Below, one piece after another: positions 19,801-27,815 of a stretch of DNA of 64,000 nt. The first letter of the stretch is position 1, and each line of letters begins with the position of its first letter. This DNA comes from a virus (taxonomy: Duplodnaviria; Caudoviricetes). The notes beneath the pieces were generated by a model. It had not been told where the DNA came from. It made no database searches and worked only from the letters and a program-made list of their open reading frames with translations. Location: positions 20,020 through 84,019 of IMG/VR virus record IMGVR_UViG_3300032007_004013; one strand, given 5' to 3'. A program made the translations under genes and the position numbers.

Positions 19801-20176
19801 CCGCTGCAAGAGATAGTACGCTATCAATACCTGCAAGCATTTGGGTTGCGTCCCAGCCAGCCATAGCCATGTATTTGAACGCTTCTGCTGACTCACTTGC
19901 TGTAAATTTGGTGGAGGCACCGAGATCTTTTGCTTTTTCTGTAAGTGCATCAAGTTCTTTACCTGTTGCTCCTGAAATAGCTTCTACCTGAGACATCGCA
20001 GCTTCAAAGTCTGAGCCGACCTTTATTGCGTATGTTCCAAGACCAACAAGCGCAGTTCCTGCCGTTGTGACAGCTGTGGAGATTCCTTTTATCAGGCTTG
20101 TACCTAATTTCGCTAATCCTGTTTTTAGCCCACTTTGGTCTAATTCGGTATCAATAACAACAGAGCCGTCAGCCAT
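16835..20176 (-). CDS. Tape measure protein (TP901-type)
   Basis: MADGSVVIDTELD start; FEAAMSQVEAISGATG..STKFTASE; long 11-residue amphipathic repeats (LPxIIxAIVxA). Confidence 0.95.
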   Translation of the reverse strand: MADGSVVIDTELDQSGLKTGLAKLGTSLIKGISTAVTTAGTALVGLGTYAIKVGSDFEAAMSQVEAISGATGKELDALTEKAKDLGASTKFTASESAEAFKYMAMAGWDATQMLAGIDSVLSLAAASGEDLATTSDIVTDAITAFGLKAEDCSHFADVLAIASSNANTNVSMMGETFKYVAPVAGSMGIGIEETAEAIGLMANAGIKSSMAGTTLRQILSRLATDAGASSSKLGALGVLTEKLGVQFYNADGSVRNLNDVLSEARVAWSKLSDEEQANYAKTIAGQQGLAGWNALMNASTEDINKLRGAIENCDGAAEDMAATMMDNLQGDITILKSATEGFGIALYDVLNGANAAGDGVGMLRDFVQEATSIVDELREAVKSGGFEGLADALGGALAKAINKIVQYVPKFVEMGVKVVSSLVQGLAESAGSIAESVSNLIPIFIDGILSITANLVELGGKLIIALCDGLAKNSQQIFTTLFNGLINLANAVTEYLPLAVNHGIMLIESLVKGLVDALPTLIEALPGIISAVVDGITSMADQLITAVEVIVITIANALPDLVKSIVDKLPELVYKILDGVLGMIPTIIECITTIINAIVEVLPDIVNAIVDILPEIIKKIVQAITDNLPKIVQAVVSLISGILDALPDIIKAIVGAIPDLVKGIVTAIVDCLPQIIDAIAQIIEAIVEELPALLEALIELLPEIIGAIVEAIIELLPVLIDGVIQLIEGLVEALPEIITAIVEALPDIIKSIVDAIVAAIPVLIEGVIQLINGIVEALPQIITSIIEALPTIISSIITGIISLLPVLIEGLIQLVLGIVEAIPKIIVALIEALPQIIEAVITGLIEALPQLILGLIQLVLGIVEHLPEIITGLIEALPDIIDAVITGLIEALPQLIEGLIMLNVELVKHTPEIIAAIIEAIPRIIDSIMESFGQIVGRMVELGGRMLEGLWEGIQNLGGWLWDQVSGFFGGLWDNICGFFGIHSPSTLFRDMIGKNLVLGLAEGIAEEGYAALNAMEDVAEGIAGVEFKTADIDFDDILSDFDNVVVEERKYTNAISGNPEPSGGSDDSYPGDDGDYDDDAPRVIKGDVYFDDVKVGRVLAPVVAQEIDWEAK

Positions 20177-20231
20177 ATAAATCACTTCCTTTCATGTGTG
20201 ATTTACACGGCTCAACGGCTCACAGTGTAAA
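20161..20231 (-). promoter_or_regulatory. Structured TMP translation-initiation region with tandem TGAGCCGT repeats
   Basis: TGAGCCGT x2 (20207-20222); competing stems TTTACAC/GTGTAAA and TAAATCAC/GTGATTTA flanking the SD; ACGGCTC in codons 3-5. Confidence 0.55.
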
Positions 20232-20319
20232 GTTCATAGGCATGTGTTACAAAATTGTCACTTGCCAATTATTCTCGTGAATGAGAGAATATAACTATTA
20301 AATTTTGGAGGTAGCTACC

Positions 20320-21003
20320 ATGAAAAAAATCTATTCGTCAATCGCATTATTTCTTTCGCTGTGCATTTTCGTGTTCTCGTTCTGTGCGTGTTCGTCGAAA
20401 TCAACTTCGGAGAAAGAAAAAACAACAAATATCACGAATCTGAGTTTCTCAACTCTGAAATCGCCTTTAGAACTTGGCGCAGGTGACACGAGGAAAGGCT
20501 GGTTTGGCGTAACAACAACAGGCGACTATGACATTAGCGAGATAGACTTTTATTCGTCGAATCCTGATGTTGCGAAATTTGAATACGACAAAACTGTTCT
20601 CGACAAGAGCGTTTACTATGTCATTACAGGTGTTTCGAGCGGAGAAGCTGTGATTTACGCGCAAACAAAAGATGGAAGTGTTAAGACAGAGGAAATCAAA
20701 GTCACTGTAAAGCAAGAAATCTCTAACCTCAAATTTGCTACACTGACATCTCCATTGGATTTGAAAGTCGGCAAAACGAGAACAGGCTACTTTAGCGTAG
20801 ATGCAGTCGGAAGCTTCTCGATCGACGGCATTGAGTTCTATACATCAGATGCTAACGTAGCGACTTTCGAGTATGACAAGACGACGCTTGAAACTTGTAT
20901 CTACTATACGATAACAGGTGTTTCTGCCGGAGAGTGCGTGATTTACGCAAAGGCTAAATCAGGCGAAGCAAAAACAGATGAAATCAAAGTTGTCGTTTCG
21001 TAA
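20320..21003 (+). CDS. Moron lipoprotein with two tandem Ig-like (Big_2-like) domains
   Basis: Opposite strand within tail operon; GGAGG RBS; signal peptide plus lipobox FSFCAC; two similar repeats of about 95 aa. Confidence 0.85.
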   Translation: MKKIYSSIALFLSLCIFVFSFCACSSKSTSEKEKTTNITNLSFSTLKSPLELGAGDTRKGWFGVTTTGDYDISEIDFYSSNPDVAKFEYDKTVLDKSVYYVITGVSSGEAVIYAQTKDGSVKTEEIKVTVKQEISNLKFATLTSPLDLKVGKTRTGYFSVDAVGSFSIDGIEFYTSDANVATFEYDKTTLETCIYYTITGVSAGECVIYAKAKSGEAKTDEIKVVVS

Positions 21004-21023
21004 CAACAGCATATCTCAAAATG

Positions 21024-21050
21024 AAGCCATCGTTTGAGGGCTTTTTCTTT
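21024..21050 (+). terminator. Probable terminator of lipoprotein moron
   Basis: AAGCCATC/GAGGGCTT imperfect stem followed by TTTCTTT. Confidence 0.45.
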
Positions 21051-21185
21051 ATCAACGGATAAAGATGAATACTTGAGCGTAGAATCGCTCTGGTTTTGCT
21101 GTATTTTCCGTGTGATGCACGATTAACGATTGATAGTGGAATTTGTTGTTTGAGGTAAAAACAGCCATAAAGCTGAAAATAAGCG

Positions 21186-21232
21186 AAAAAATAACCGCAC
21201 CGTGTTTTCCACGATGCGGTCATCCTTTTTTT
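21186..21232. terminator. Bidirectional intrinsic terminator
   Basis: ACCGCACCGTG/CACGATGCGGT stem with A-tract on the left and T-tract on the right. Confidence 0.65.
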
Positions 21233-21279
21233 GCTTCAGCAATAACTTATGAACCGCCTTACACATTATTGTTGATGGC

Positions 21280-21462
21280 TTATTCAGAGAGTTTTCTTGT
21301 CACTTGTTCTCCGTCTTTAATCACAAGTTCAAAGATTCTCTTGCATCCTCTTGTGCATTTGAGATAAACACCATCGCAATTAGCAGCATTGTCGTAAATG
21401 GAGTGCTTTGCACCACAATAAGGGCAGTGAAACCATTTCTGCTCAGTTCCTATTCTTTCCAT
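21280..21462 (-). CDS. Small C4 zinc-ribbon protein (Com-like/Cys-rich)
   Basis: WFHCPYCG...YLKCTRGCKRIFEL, 60 aa. Confidence 0.7.
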   Translation of the reverse strand: MERIGTEQKWFHCPYCGAKHSIYDNAANCDGVYLKCTRGCKRIFELVIKDGEQVTRKLSE

Positions 21463-22049
21463 TAAATACCTCCAAACGCAGCACCTGCAAGTGCTACCTT
21501 ATCCTCAAAGGTGAGGTTTTGCGGTAAGGCATAGATTTCTTTCATCTTAGCTATTCTGTCGCGCTCTCTCTTGTTTTTGATTTCATTGAGATTTGCAGCT
21601 CGATATCCCATTATTTCGACGATTTTGCTCCTTTTCTCAAGCCCTACAAACATAGCGTGGAATTTCCACCAATGCAAAAAATCGATGTCATTCAGATCTA
21701 CCCTGTATTGGGCAAGAAAAGCTGCGTAGATATACGGAGCGTCGTAATCATAGTCGTAAATCAGCTTGTTTTTCAGCGCTACATTGCCGTTCTTTTTCGT
21801 TTTTTTGTCTGGCTTATCGTTATCACCGCAACGATAAACACGCAGTATAGCATCTGTTGCAGCTATGATATCGCTCGGCTTTTCGTCAGGGAAGAAAAGG
21901 TCAATCGATTCAAGCACTTTTCTCCTGCTGCTGCAATTACTTTTCAAGATTTTCTCAAGAATTATGCAGGTCCTGAAATTGCAATCCATAAAATACTCCC
22001 TTCCGCCGATGACCTCGGTTTCAGGGAGTATATCAAGCAATAGATTCAT
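21462..22049 (-). CDS. Tail assembly chaperone (Gp15-like)
   Basis: YDYDYDAPYIYAAFLAQYRVDL..LHWWKFHAMF motif. Confidence 0.85.
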   Translation of the reverse strand: MNLLLDILPETEVIGGREYFMDCNFRTCIILEKILKSNCSSRRKVLESIDLFFPDEKPSDIIAATDAILRVYRCGDNDKPDKKTKKNGNVALKNKLIYDYDYDAPYIYAAFLAQYRVDLNDIDFLHWWKFHAMFVGLEKRSKIVEIMGYRAANLNEIKNKRERDRIAKMKEIYALPQNLTFEDKVALAGAAFGGI

Positions 22050-22441
22050 TTCTTTTTGTGCTTCTTGCTTCCGGGATGTTTGGTCTGCTGCCTGTTGGAA
22101 TAGCGAGAGAACGTGTTCTTGATTTCGTAGATGCTTGACTTCTGCGATCTCGCAACTTCAAGCAGCGCGTAATACGCAGCGTAGCATATGGAAATATTGT
22201 TCTTTTCCGTGCAGACAGCAACGCCTGCTCCTTTGCCGAAAAGATCGTCAAAGAAATCTTTGAACATCTTGCACTGTGCTCTGATGATTACAGAGCCTTT
22301 GCCTTCCTTCGGAAGGCTGTTTTCAGCTACTCTGAGCTTGTCGATAGCATCCTCGAAGGCTTCCTGCATATCGGCATCTCTGATGTCGAAGTCATACGTT
22401 GCTCCGTTGTGCTCGAACACGGTTTTTACTTCTTGGCTCAT
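22046..22441 (-). CDS. Tail assembly chaperone (gpG-like)
   Basis: Position after major tail protein; FFDDLFGKGAG motif. Confidence 0.75.
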   Translation of the reverse strand: MSQEVKTVFEHNGATYDFDIRDADMQEAFEDAIDKLRVAENSLPKEGKGSVIIRAQCKMFKDFFDDLFGKGAGVAVCTEKNNISICYAAYYALLEVARSQKSSIYEIKNTFSRYSNRQQTKHPGSKKHKKK

Positions 22442-22465
22442 TTGCTCATATTCCTTTCGTGGTTA

Positions 22466-23026
22466 TCAGTTTCCGCCGTTTCCGGGGCTGTTGCTGCTAT
22501 TACTGTTTGCGTTGCCGCTATCACTGTTTGCGTTGCCGCTCGCGGCAGTATCAGGAACAAACTGCTTTGTGGCGCGGTTGAAAGTGCCGGGAACGAAATC
22601 AGAGCACGCTTTCATAGTGCCTGTATAAATAAGCGCATCGGTGCCATCACCTTTGTTCGAGGGGATAACAGCAAAGGTGCGCTTTCTTGCTCTGTAGGTG
22701 TTTTCGCCTTCTGCGGTCTCCCAAAGGTTTACCGATACGATTTCTCTGCGAGCGTCTGAGCCAACGAGTTCATCGTCGTGGATTTTGACGACTTCATTGA
22801 CAACAGGATCGCCGCTGATTTTGTCGCAGCTGTACGCAATGCTGGGAGAATATCCGATTACGTCGGTTCTCTCAGTTTTGTCGTGAACGTACTTTCTCGT
22901 GTATTCCTTCGAGTTCTTTGATTCAGAGAGCGAAGTAAAACCCTCGCCAATCAGAGCATACTCAGGGGTGCTTTCGGGAATCTTCATGTATGACTCCCAC
23001 TGATAGCGAAAAACAAGGTCTTCCAT
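22466..23026 (-). CDS. Major tail (tube) protein
   Basis: IGEGFTSLSESKNSKEYTRKYVHDKTE motif; position. Confidence 0.85.
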   Translation of the reverse strand: MEDLVFRYQWESYMKIPESTPEYALIGEGFTSLSESKNSKEYTRKYVHDKTERTDVIGYSPSIAYSCDKISGDPVVNEVVKIHDDELVGSDARREIVSVNLWETAEGENTYRARKRTFAVIPSNKGDGTDALIYTGTMKACSDFVPGTFNRATKQFVPDTAASGNANSDSGNANSNSSNSPGNGGN

Positions 23027-23484
23027 TATACTTTCCTCCTTACTTTGTACTCAAGCGATAAAATCACTTGGTAATCTTCGATTCCGTCATCATATCTCAT
23101 TACGCATGAGGGCGTTGACGTAACCTGTATGCTTGTCGGCTGCTTATAGTCGTCGAGAGCAGGAAGGTGAGCAAAACAACCTTCTCCATTAAGCTCAGTG
23201 AGCCAGTCGGCGAGTTCGTTCAGGCAAGCAACTGCGTCAAGACGCGAAGCTGTATCTGTTCCTGCAACTCTGATATAAACAGCAAAGTTCCAAACTCCTA
23301 TATAGGAGCCGTTGACGTATGTTTTTTTCTTTTCAGCTGCCGAAAGCTGCTGAAGCATCATGCTCGGAACATCTTTACCTAGATCCTCAAGCATGATCTG
23401 AACAGGGAGCTTCTCCCATGAGTTAAGATGGTCTCTTACTGCCTTAGCTATCACAACACCATCGTTAGTGAAACTTCTTGACAT
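23026..23484 (-). CDS. Tail terminator/completion protein
   Basis: Position between minor capsid gene and tail tube gene. Confidence 0.65.
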   Translation of the reverse strand: MSRSFTNDGVVIAKAVRDHLNSWEKLPVQIMLEDLGKDVPSMMLQQLSAAEKKKTYVNGSYIGVWNFAVYIRVAGTDTASRLDAVACLNELADWLTELNGEGCFAHLPALDDYKQPTSIQVTSTPSCVMRYDDGIEDYQVILSLEYKVRRKV

Positions 23485-23486
23485 CG

Positions 23487-23855
23487 TTACCTACCTTTGA
23501 TGATTCTTCTGACACCTTTGAGCCATTCTTCTTTCTTGGTGGCTTTTGCAGCTTCAAACCATTGGTAACGGGCTTTCGGGTGCTTTTCTTTTGAGAAGTG
23601 GAGATGGAAGCCGTAATACATAGCTCTTGCGTATGGCGCATTGTAAACTACCTTTCCGCTTCCTATCTTGGTGCCAACATTACCACTTCTCATAAGGTTT
23701 CCTGTTCGCATAGGTACATAGGGTGCGCTATCTCTCAATACCTCGCTATCGAGGAATTTTTGAGCATCGGAGTATTTCTTTGAGAAACGTCCGATACACG
23801 CTTGGGTGTTGATGTGGAAGTGATACTTCATCGTCCAATCACCTCGAAATGCCAC
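23487..23855 (-). CDS. Minor capsid/head-tail protein
   Basis: APYVPMRTGNL..YNAPYARAMYY..WFEAAK motif. Confidence 0.8.
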   Translation of the reverse strand: MAFRGDWTMKYHFHINTQACIGRFSKKYSDAQKFLDSEVLRDSAPYVPMRTGNLMRSGNVGTKIGSGKVVYNAPYARAMYYGFHLHFSKEKHPKARYQWFEAAKATKKEEWLKGVRRIIKGR

Positions 23856-24232
23856 ATGCGTTTTCTACCTGTTTTCTTCCTGCTGAAGCTGGCGATCTTA
23901 TACCTGTTGTCGTTTCCAACGATACTGAAGTAGTCTTCTCCTTTATCGGATAAAGTCCACTTTTTGGATTTATCCACTGCATATTTCCATTCTTCGTATG
24001 GAACGTACTGCAAAGGCGTACCATATTCAGAAACAACTACAGATTTGCTGTCGAAGATGTAGAACTTAACGCTGTCTGATGGTGCTTTTCCACGGGCAGT
24101 GCTGTTTGCGCCTTTGTTAGTAACGCAATAACAGTTATTGATGATAACTTTCTGAAACTGCGCTTCATCGTCAAACTCTCCGATGTAGAGATATAGCTCT
24201 ACAGTATCTTTGAGCATAGATAACATTCTCAA
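23828..24232 (-). CDS. Head closure/minor capsid protein
   Basis: Position; C-terminal HFEVIG. Confidence 0.65.
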   Translation of the reverse strand: MRMLSMLKDTVELYLYIGEFDDEAQFQKVIINNCYCVTNKGANSTARGKAPSDSVKFYIFDSKSVVVSEYGTPLQYVPYEEWKYAVDKSKKWTLSDKGEDYFSIVGNDNRYKIASFSRKKTGRKRMWHFEVIGR

Positions 24233-24642
24233 GTGTCACACCACCTTGAGTAAACCCATCTACGCATAAGACCGAGCCTTTTGAGCAGCATGATGGTTAC
24301 AGATGATACAGGCACACCTTCAAAGGTCTGGACTTTGGCTGTGCTTCCTGAGCCGCTTCCTTCTGAAACAGAGTAATCTCCGAGACTCTCACTTCCGCCA
24401 GCCATAGATGCTTCCGAAAAGCCTGTTACAGCGTCTATACCACCTTGCTGATAAAGCATTTCGACCTGATAGGCTACCGCTTTCTTGAAAGTTTCGTCTA
24501 TCAGGTCATCTCCTTCAGGTTTGATGATACATACGCCGTAAACTATTTCGGAGGCTATATCGGCAAGCCGATTAAAGAGAGCATCTTCGATTGCTTCACC
24601 TTTGAAAGTGGTGTCGTAGTAGTTCTTGTCGATATAAGCCAT
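24229..24642 (-). CDS. Head-tail connector/adaptor
   Basis: MAYIDKNYY..KKAVAYQVE..ESLGDYSVS motif. Confidence 0.8.
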   Translation of the reverse strand: MAYIDKNYYDTTFKGEAIEDALFNRLADIASEIVYGVCIIKPEGDDLIDETFKKAVAYQVEMLYQQGGIDAVTGFSEASMAGGSESLGDYSVSEGSGSGSTAKVQTFEGVPVSSVTIMLLKRLGLMRRWVYSRWCDT

Positions 24643-24652
24643 AGCGTCCTCC

Positions 24653-25057
24653 TTAGTCTTCGGGATGTTCTTTCTCGATGTGCTTCAGGAGGTATGCTTT
24701 CTTGGTGTACTGCTTGCCGCAGATTGGGCAGCTCATGGACTTCTTTTCGGAAGGAGATTCTGCGGTCTGTGCAGTATCGACAGGCTTTGCTTCTGCGTCC
24801 TCCGTGAGTTTCGCAACAGGTTCGGATTCAGCTTCAGCTACGACAGGTTCTGTGATTTCGGCTTCTTCCTTTACGGTGGGCGTTTCAGCAGCACTGTTGA
24901 GCTGTTGCTCTTCTTTAGGCTTCTCTTCCACGACCACCGGAGCAGAGGTTTCAGCTTTCTTTTTAGGGAATATAACTTCATATCCCCTGCTAAGATAATT
25001 AGGAATAAAAATATCCGCCACATACTTTGTGTCGTTTCCTTTCTTCATCAGAACCAT
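24653..25057 (-). CDS. Head-associated protein with acidic linker and C-terminal C2H2 zinc finger
   Basis: CPICGKQYTKKAYLLKHIEKEH matches C-x2-C-x3-Y-x5-L-x2-H-x4-H. Confidence 0.75.
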   Translation of the reverse strand: MVLMKKGNDTKYVADIFIPNYLSRGYEVIFPKKKAETSAPVVVEEKPKEEQQLNSAAETPTVKEEAEITEPVVAEAESEPVAKLTEDAEAKPVDTAQTAESPSEKKSMSCPICGKQYTKKAYLLKHIEKEHPED

Positions 25058-25071
25058 AGTAACACCTCCTC

Positions 25072-26433
25072 TTAGCCGAGGGAGATGATACGAGCAATCG
25101 GAATCATCTTATGAGCAAGGTACTTCTTACCTTCGGAGCCGTGGGTGCTTACGATCTCCCAATTCGCGCCGTTCTCAAGCTCGGCATCGGTGGGCGAAAG
25201 TCTCGCCATAGAAGCCATAGTGAAGCTGATACCGTAGGGAGCGAAGCACTTACGCTGACGCATAATCAGCGTGTCCTGACCGCCGTTCTTGGTGGCGTTA
25301 CGCTCAGTCTCGTAAGGTACGGTTACACCGCAGTCGGTGTACTCGATCGCGCCCTCGCCGAGAATGTAGGTGACATAAGCAGTCGCAGATGTCGCAGCAG
25401 TCTTGGTAGTAGCAGCAACAGTACCTGCGGTAGAGGTCTTCGACACGGCAGGAGCGCCTTCGCCGTAGTAACCGGCTTTCTCGGTGAGAACCAGCTTGCC
25501 AGCCTCAGCACCTGTGCCTGCAACTGCGGTGTACTTCGCGTTGGTAGCGAGCGCGGCTTCGAGCTGCTCAACGATAGCTGCGGCAGTAACGGTGCTGCCA
25601 ACAGTGACCTCTACACCTGCGACGACGATCTTATCGCCCTCGGCGAAGGTGCCGCCGGGAGTAACGTAGTACACACCTGCGGTGAGATACTGAGTGAAGG
25701 TGGGCATACCGTCATCAACGAGAACAGTCTTGCCGTTGAGGGTAGCAAGAGCGAGATCTCTCTCGATACCCTGAGCGTCCGTGTACTTCATGTAAGACAG
25801 AAGCTTCAGGTTCTCAAGGTTGGTCGCAGGCGTGGAGTGCATGATAGTGAGGCTGAACTTGCCCTTGTTATCACCGCAAGCCTTCTGGATTGCGCTGTTT
25901 AAAGTTGCTCCGCCGATGCAGCCTGCCTTCACTTCACCGGTTGCAGGGTTTGCAGTAACGTCCGTAGTGTGAGCCATTACGAACTTCGCGCCCTCGGCGT
26001 CGCTCATGCTGAAGACACCGTTCAGGATATGGATGATGGTCGCCTGATCGAGTTCCTCCTTGAAGTCGCTGATCTGCTCGGCGATGTTCTCGATGAAGTC
26101 CTTACCGCTGACATCACGGGTAAAGTCTCTTTCGGTCCATGCGCCGCCACGACCCACAACAACTCTGCTGTGCTTGTAGGTATCGGTGCTGTTGCTCTCG
26201 ATGTCCGTCTGACCGTCGTAGTTCACAACGGTGGAGCCGCTGAGAAGACCGTTCATGGCAGAGGTCATGTAGTTTCCGCCGTCATGATCGCCGAGTGTAG
26301 CCGCCAACTCAGGACGGGGGCGGATGGCTCTGGACTTAATCAGCTCATTTCTCTTGGGGTTGGGGATTCTTTCGACGTAGCCCTGAAAGACTTCGCCATT
26401 AAAGATTTTCTTATCAAATACAGAGAGTGACAT
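25072..26433 (-). CDS. Major capsid protein with an Ala/Thr-rich insertion of about 100 aa
   Basis: Follows scaffold; VVVGRGGAWTERDF, VLVDDGMP, YILGEGAI, GGQDTLIMR motifs of Firmicutes phage coat proteins. Confidence 0.9.
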   Translation of the reverse strand: MSLSVFDKKIFNGEVFQGYVERIPNPKRNELIKSRAIRPRPELAATLGDHDGGNYMTSAMNGLLSGSTVVNYDGQTDIESNSTDTYKHSRVVVGRGGAWTERDFTRDVSGKDFIENIAEQISDFKEELDQATIIHILNGVFSMSDAEGAKFVMAHTTDVTANPATGEVKAGCIGGATLNSAIQKACGDNKGKFSLTIMHSTPATNLENLKLLSYMKYTDAQGIERDLALATLNGKTVLVDDGMPTFTQYLTAGVYYVTPGGTFAEGDKIVVAGVEVTVGSTVTAAAIVEQLEAALATNAKYTAVAGTGAEAGKLVLTEKAGYYGEGAPAVSKTSTAGTVAATTKTAATSATAYVTYILGEGAIEYTDCGVTVPYETERNATKNGGQDTLIMRQRKCFAPYGISFTMASMARLSPTDAELENGANWEIVSTHGSEGKKYLAHKMIPIARIISLG

Positions 26434-26455
26434 TCTTTCTTCTTCCTTTCGTTAT

Positions 26456-27130
26456 TTAATCGAAGTCAATTGCCGCCTCCGGGTTTTCATTTTTGAGCTT
26501 CATCAGCTCAAGCAGGCTCTTCTTCTTCGGAGGGGGCGGTGTCTGCTTGTTTGACGCAAACTTGGGCGGAGGGGGAGTGTCTTCCTGCTTCGGCTCCTGC
26601 TGAGGTTCAGGCGGAGCTTCTACAACAAAGGCGTTCTTGTAGCCTTCATCGTTCATAAGACCTTCCATAAACTCAGTAGCGCCGAGGAACTTGCCATCCT
26701 CAAACGGGAAGTTCTTCTTAGCAAAAGCGGCTTTAACACCCTCTTTCGCAGGAACAGAAGAAAACTTGTAACCGGTGAGGAACAGGTCCTGAGCAAACGC
26801 CCTTGCGTTGTCTTCAAGCTGCTTCTGAAGAGCTGCCGTGTCGTCCTGATACTTCTTTTCCCAATCAGCCGCAGACTTCTTGATGCCGTCTATGTCCATG
26901 TCCTTGTAGGACTGAATCGTAGCGTTTGCTTCGTCAAGCTGTGTCTTAATGCCGTTCAGTTCGGTTTCTTTCGCATCGAGCTTGGCTTTCGAGACGTAAC
27001 CGCCGCTTGCGAGGTTAGCAAGCTTAATATCTTTGTTTGCGCCGAGCTTTTCGACAAGCTGATCGTATGTGAGGGATTCAGGATTGCCGTCTTCGGTAGT
27101 ACCGAATAAGGCTTTGAGGTATTCGTACAT
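26456..27130 (-). CDS. Capsid scaffolding protein (GP20-like)
   Basis: GGYVSKAKLDAKETE..MDIDGIKKSAADWEKKY; start MYEYLK with GAAAGG RBS. Confidence 0.85.
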   Translation of the reverse strand: MYEYLKALFGTTEDGNPESLTYDQLVEKLGANKDIKLANLASGGYVSKAKLDAKETELNGIKTQLDEANATIQSYKDMDIDGIKKSAADWEKKYQDDTAALQKQLEDNARAFAQDLFLTGYKFSSVPAKEGVKAAFAKKNFPFEDGKFLGATEFMEGLMNDEGYKNAFVVEAPPEPQQEPKQEDTPPPPKFASNKQTPPPPKKKSLLELMKLKNENPEAAIDFD

Positions 27131-27256
27131 GGTGTACCTTTCTTCGCTGATTTGGCTTAAACGTCGGTTCACTCCGACAACTGCTATCTGCCTATATATC
27201 CCTGACAGAAAGGGAAATTAGCTGTTTCTTATAAACGCCCTACAGCTTTCGGGCAT
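27131..27256 (-). ncRNA. Structured leader of scaffold gene (GP20-type cis-RNA candidate)
   Basis: Stems GTCGG/CCGAC (27163-27178), TCCCT/AGGGA (27199-27215), AGCTGT/ACAGCT (27220-27247), GCCC/GGGC. Confidence 0.5.
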
Positions 27257-27283
27257 AAAAAAACGAGCAGCGTTAGCTACTCG
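27257..27283 (-). terminator. Intrinsic terminator
   Basis: CGAGTAGC-TAAC-GCTGCTCG followed by T7 on minus strand. Confidence 0.7.
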
Positions 27284-27440
27284 ATTCTTTCAGTTCTTTA
27301 AGGAGCATGTTCTTGGCTTGCTCATTCGTGTACCTGTCTCCGTAATACCGAATGGTTCTTTTTCCATTCACCAAGAAAAGAAATCTATCTACGTCTGCGC
27401 TCTGAGGCAGACGGCTAAGTAAAGCCACTTTGAAACTCAT
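27273..27440 (-). CDS. Small hypothetical protein (55 aa, below ORF-track cutoff)
   Basis: MSFKVALLSRLPQSADVDRFLFLVNGKRTIRYYGDRY...; AAGGAAG RBS. Confidence 0.5.
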   Translation of the reverse strand: MSFKVALLSRLPQSADVDRFLFLVNGKRTIRYYGDRYTNEQAKNMLLKELKESSS

Positions 27441-27459
27441 TCATTCTGCACTTCCTTGA

Positions 27460-27813
27460 TTACTTCTCGTAGGTTCCGAGGACGTTTCTTGCTGCTCTGT
27501 CCTCTACACGTTTATTCATCCACAACAGAGCTTCCTCGATGTGGGTGAGGGCGATGGCGTTTTCTCTGGTTGCGAAATCACCGGTTTGAAAGCCTTTGAG
27601 CCTGTCGCGGACGATTTCGAGAAGGTCGGTGTCGAGAACACCATTGACAGCGTTTTCATCATTTCTCGCGCCGTTCTGGAATGTGATCTTGACCTCCACA
27701 TCCACAGGAACTTTAATGAGGTATTCGTGATTTGCTCCGCCGTTGCCGGGTTCGTCTACCGCAAAAACAGTGTTAAGCTTGTTTCTCTTCTGGATTGTTA
27801 TAAGTTCTCTCAT
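27460..27813 (-). CDS. Conserved phage hypothetical protein
   Basis: [47 protein letters not shown]. Confidence 0.8.
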   Translation of the reverse strand: MRELITIQKRNKLNTVFAVDEPGNGGANHEYLIKVPVDVEVKITFQNGARNDENAVNGVLDTDLLEIVRDRLKGFQTGDFATRENAIALTHIEEALLWMNKRVEDRAARNVLGTYEK

Positions 27814-27815
27814 TA

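Noticed and set aside
22502-22540. 18-nt direct repeat at 21-nt period
   Set aside because: Encodes the low-complexity SGNANS tail of the major tail protein; a simple slippage duplication
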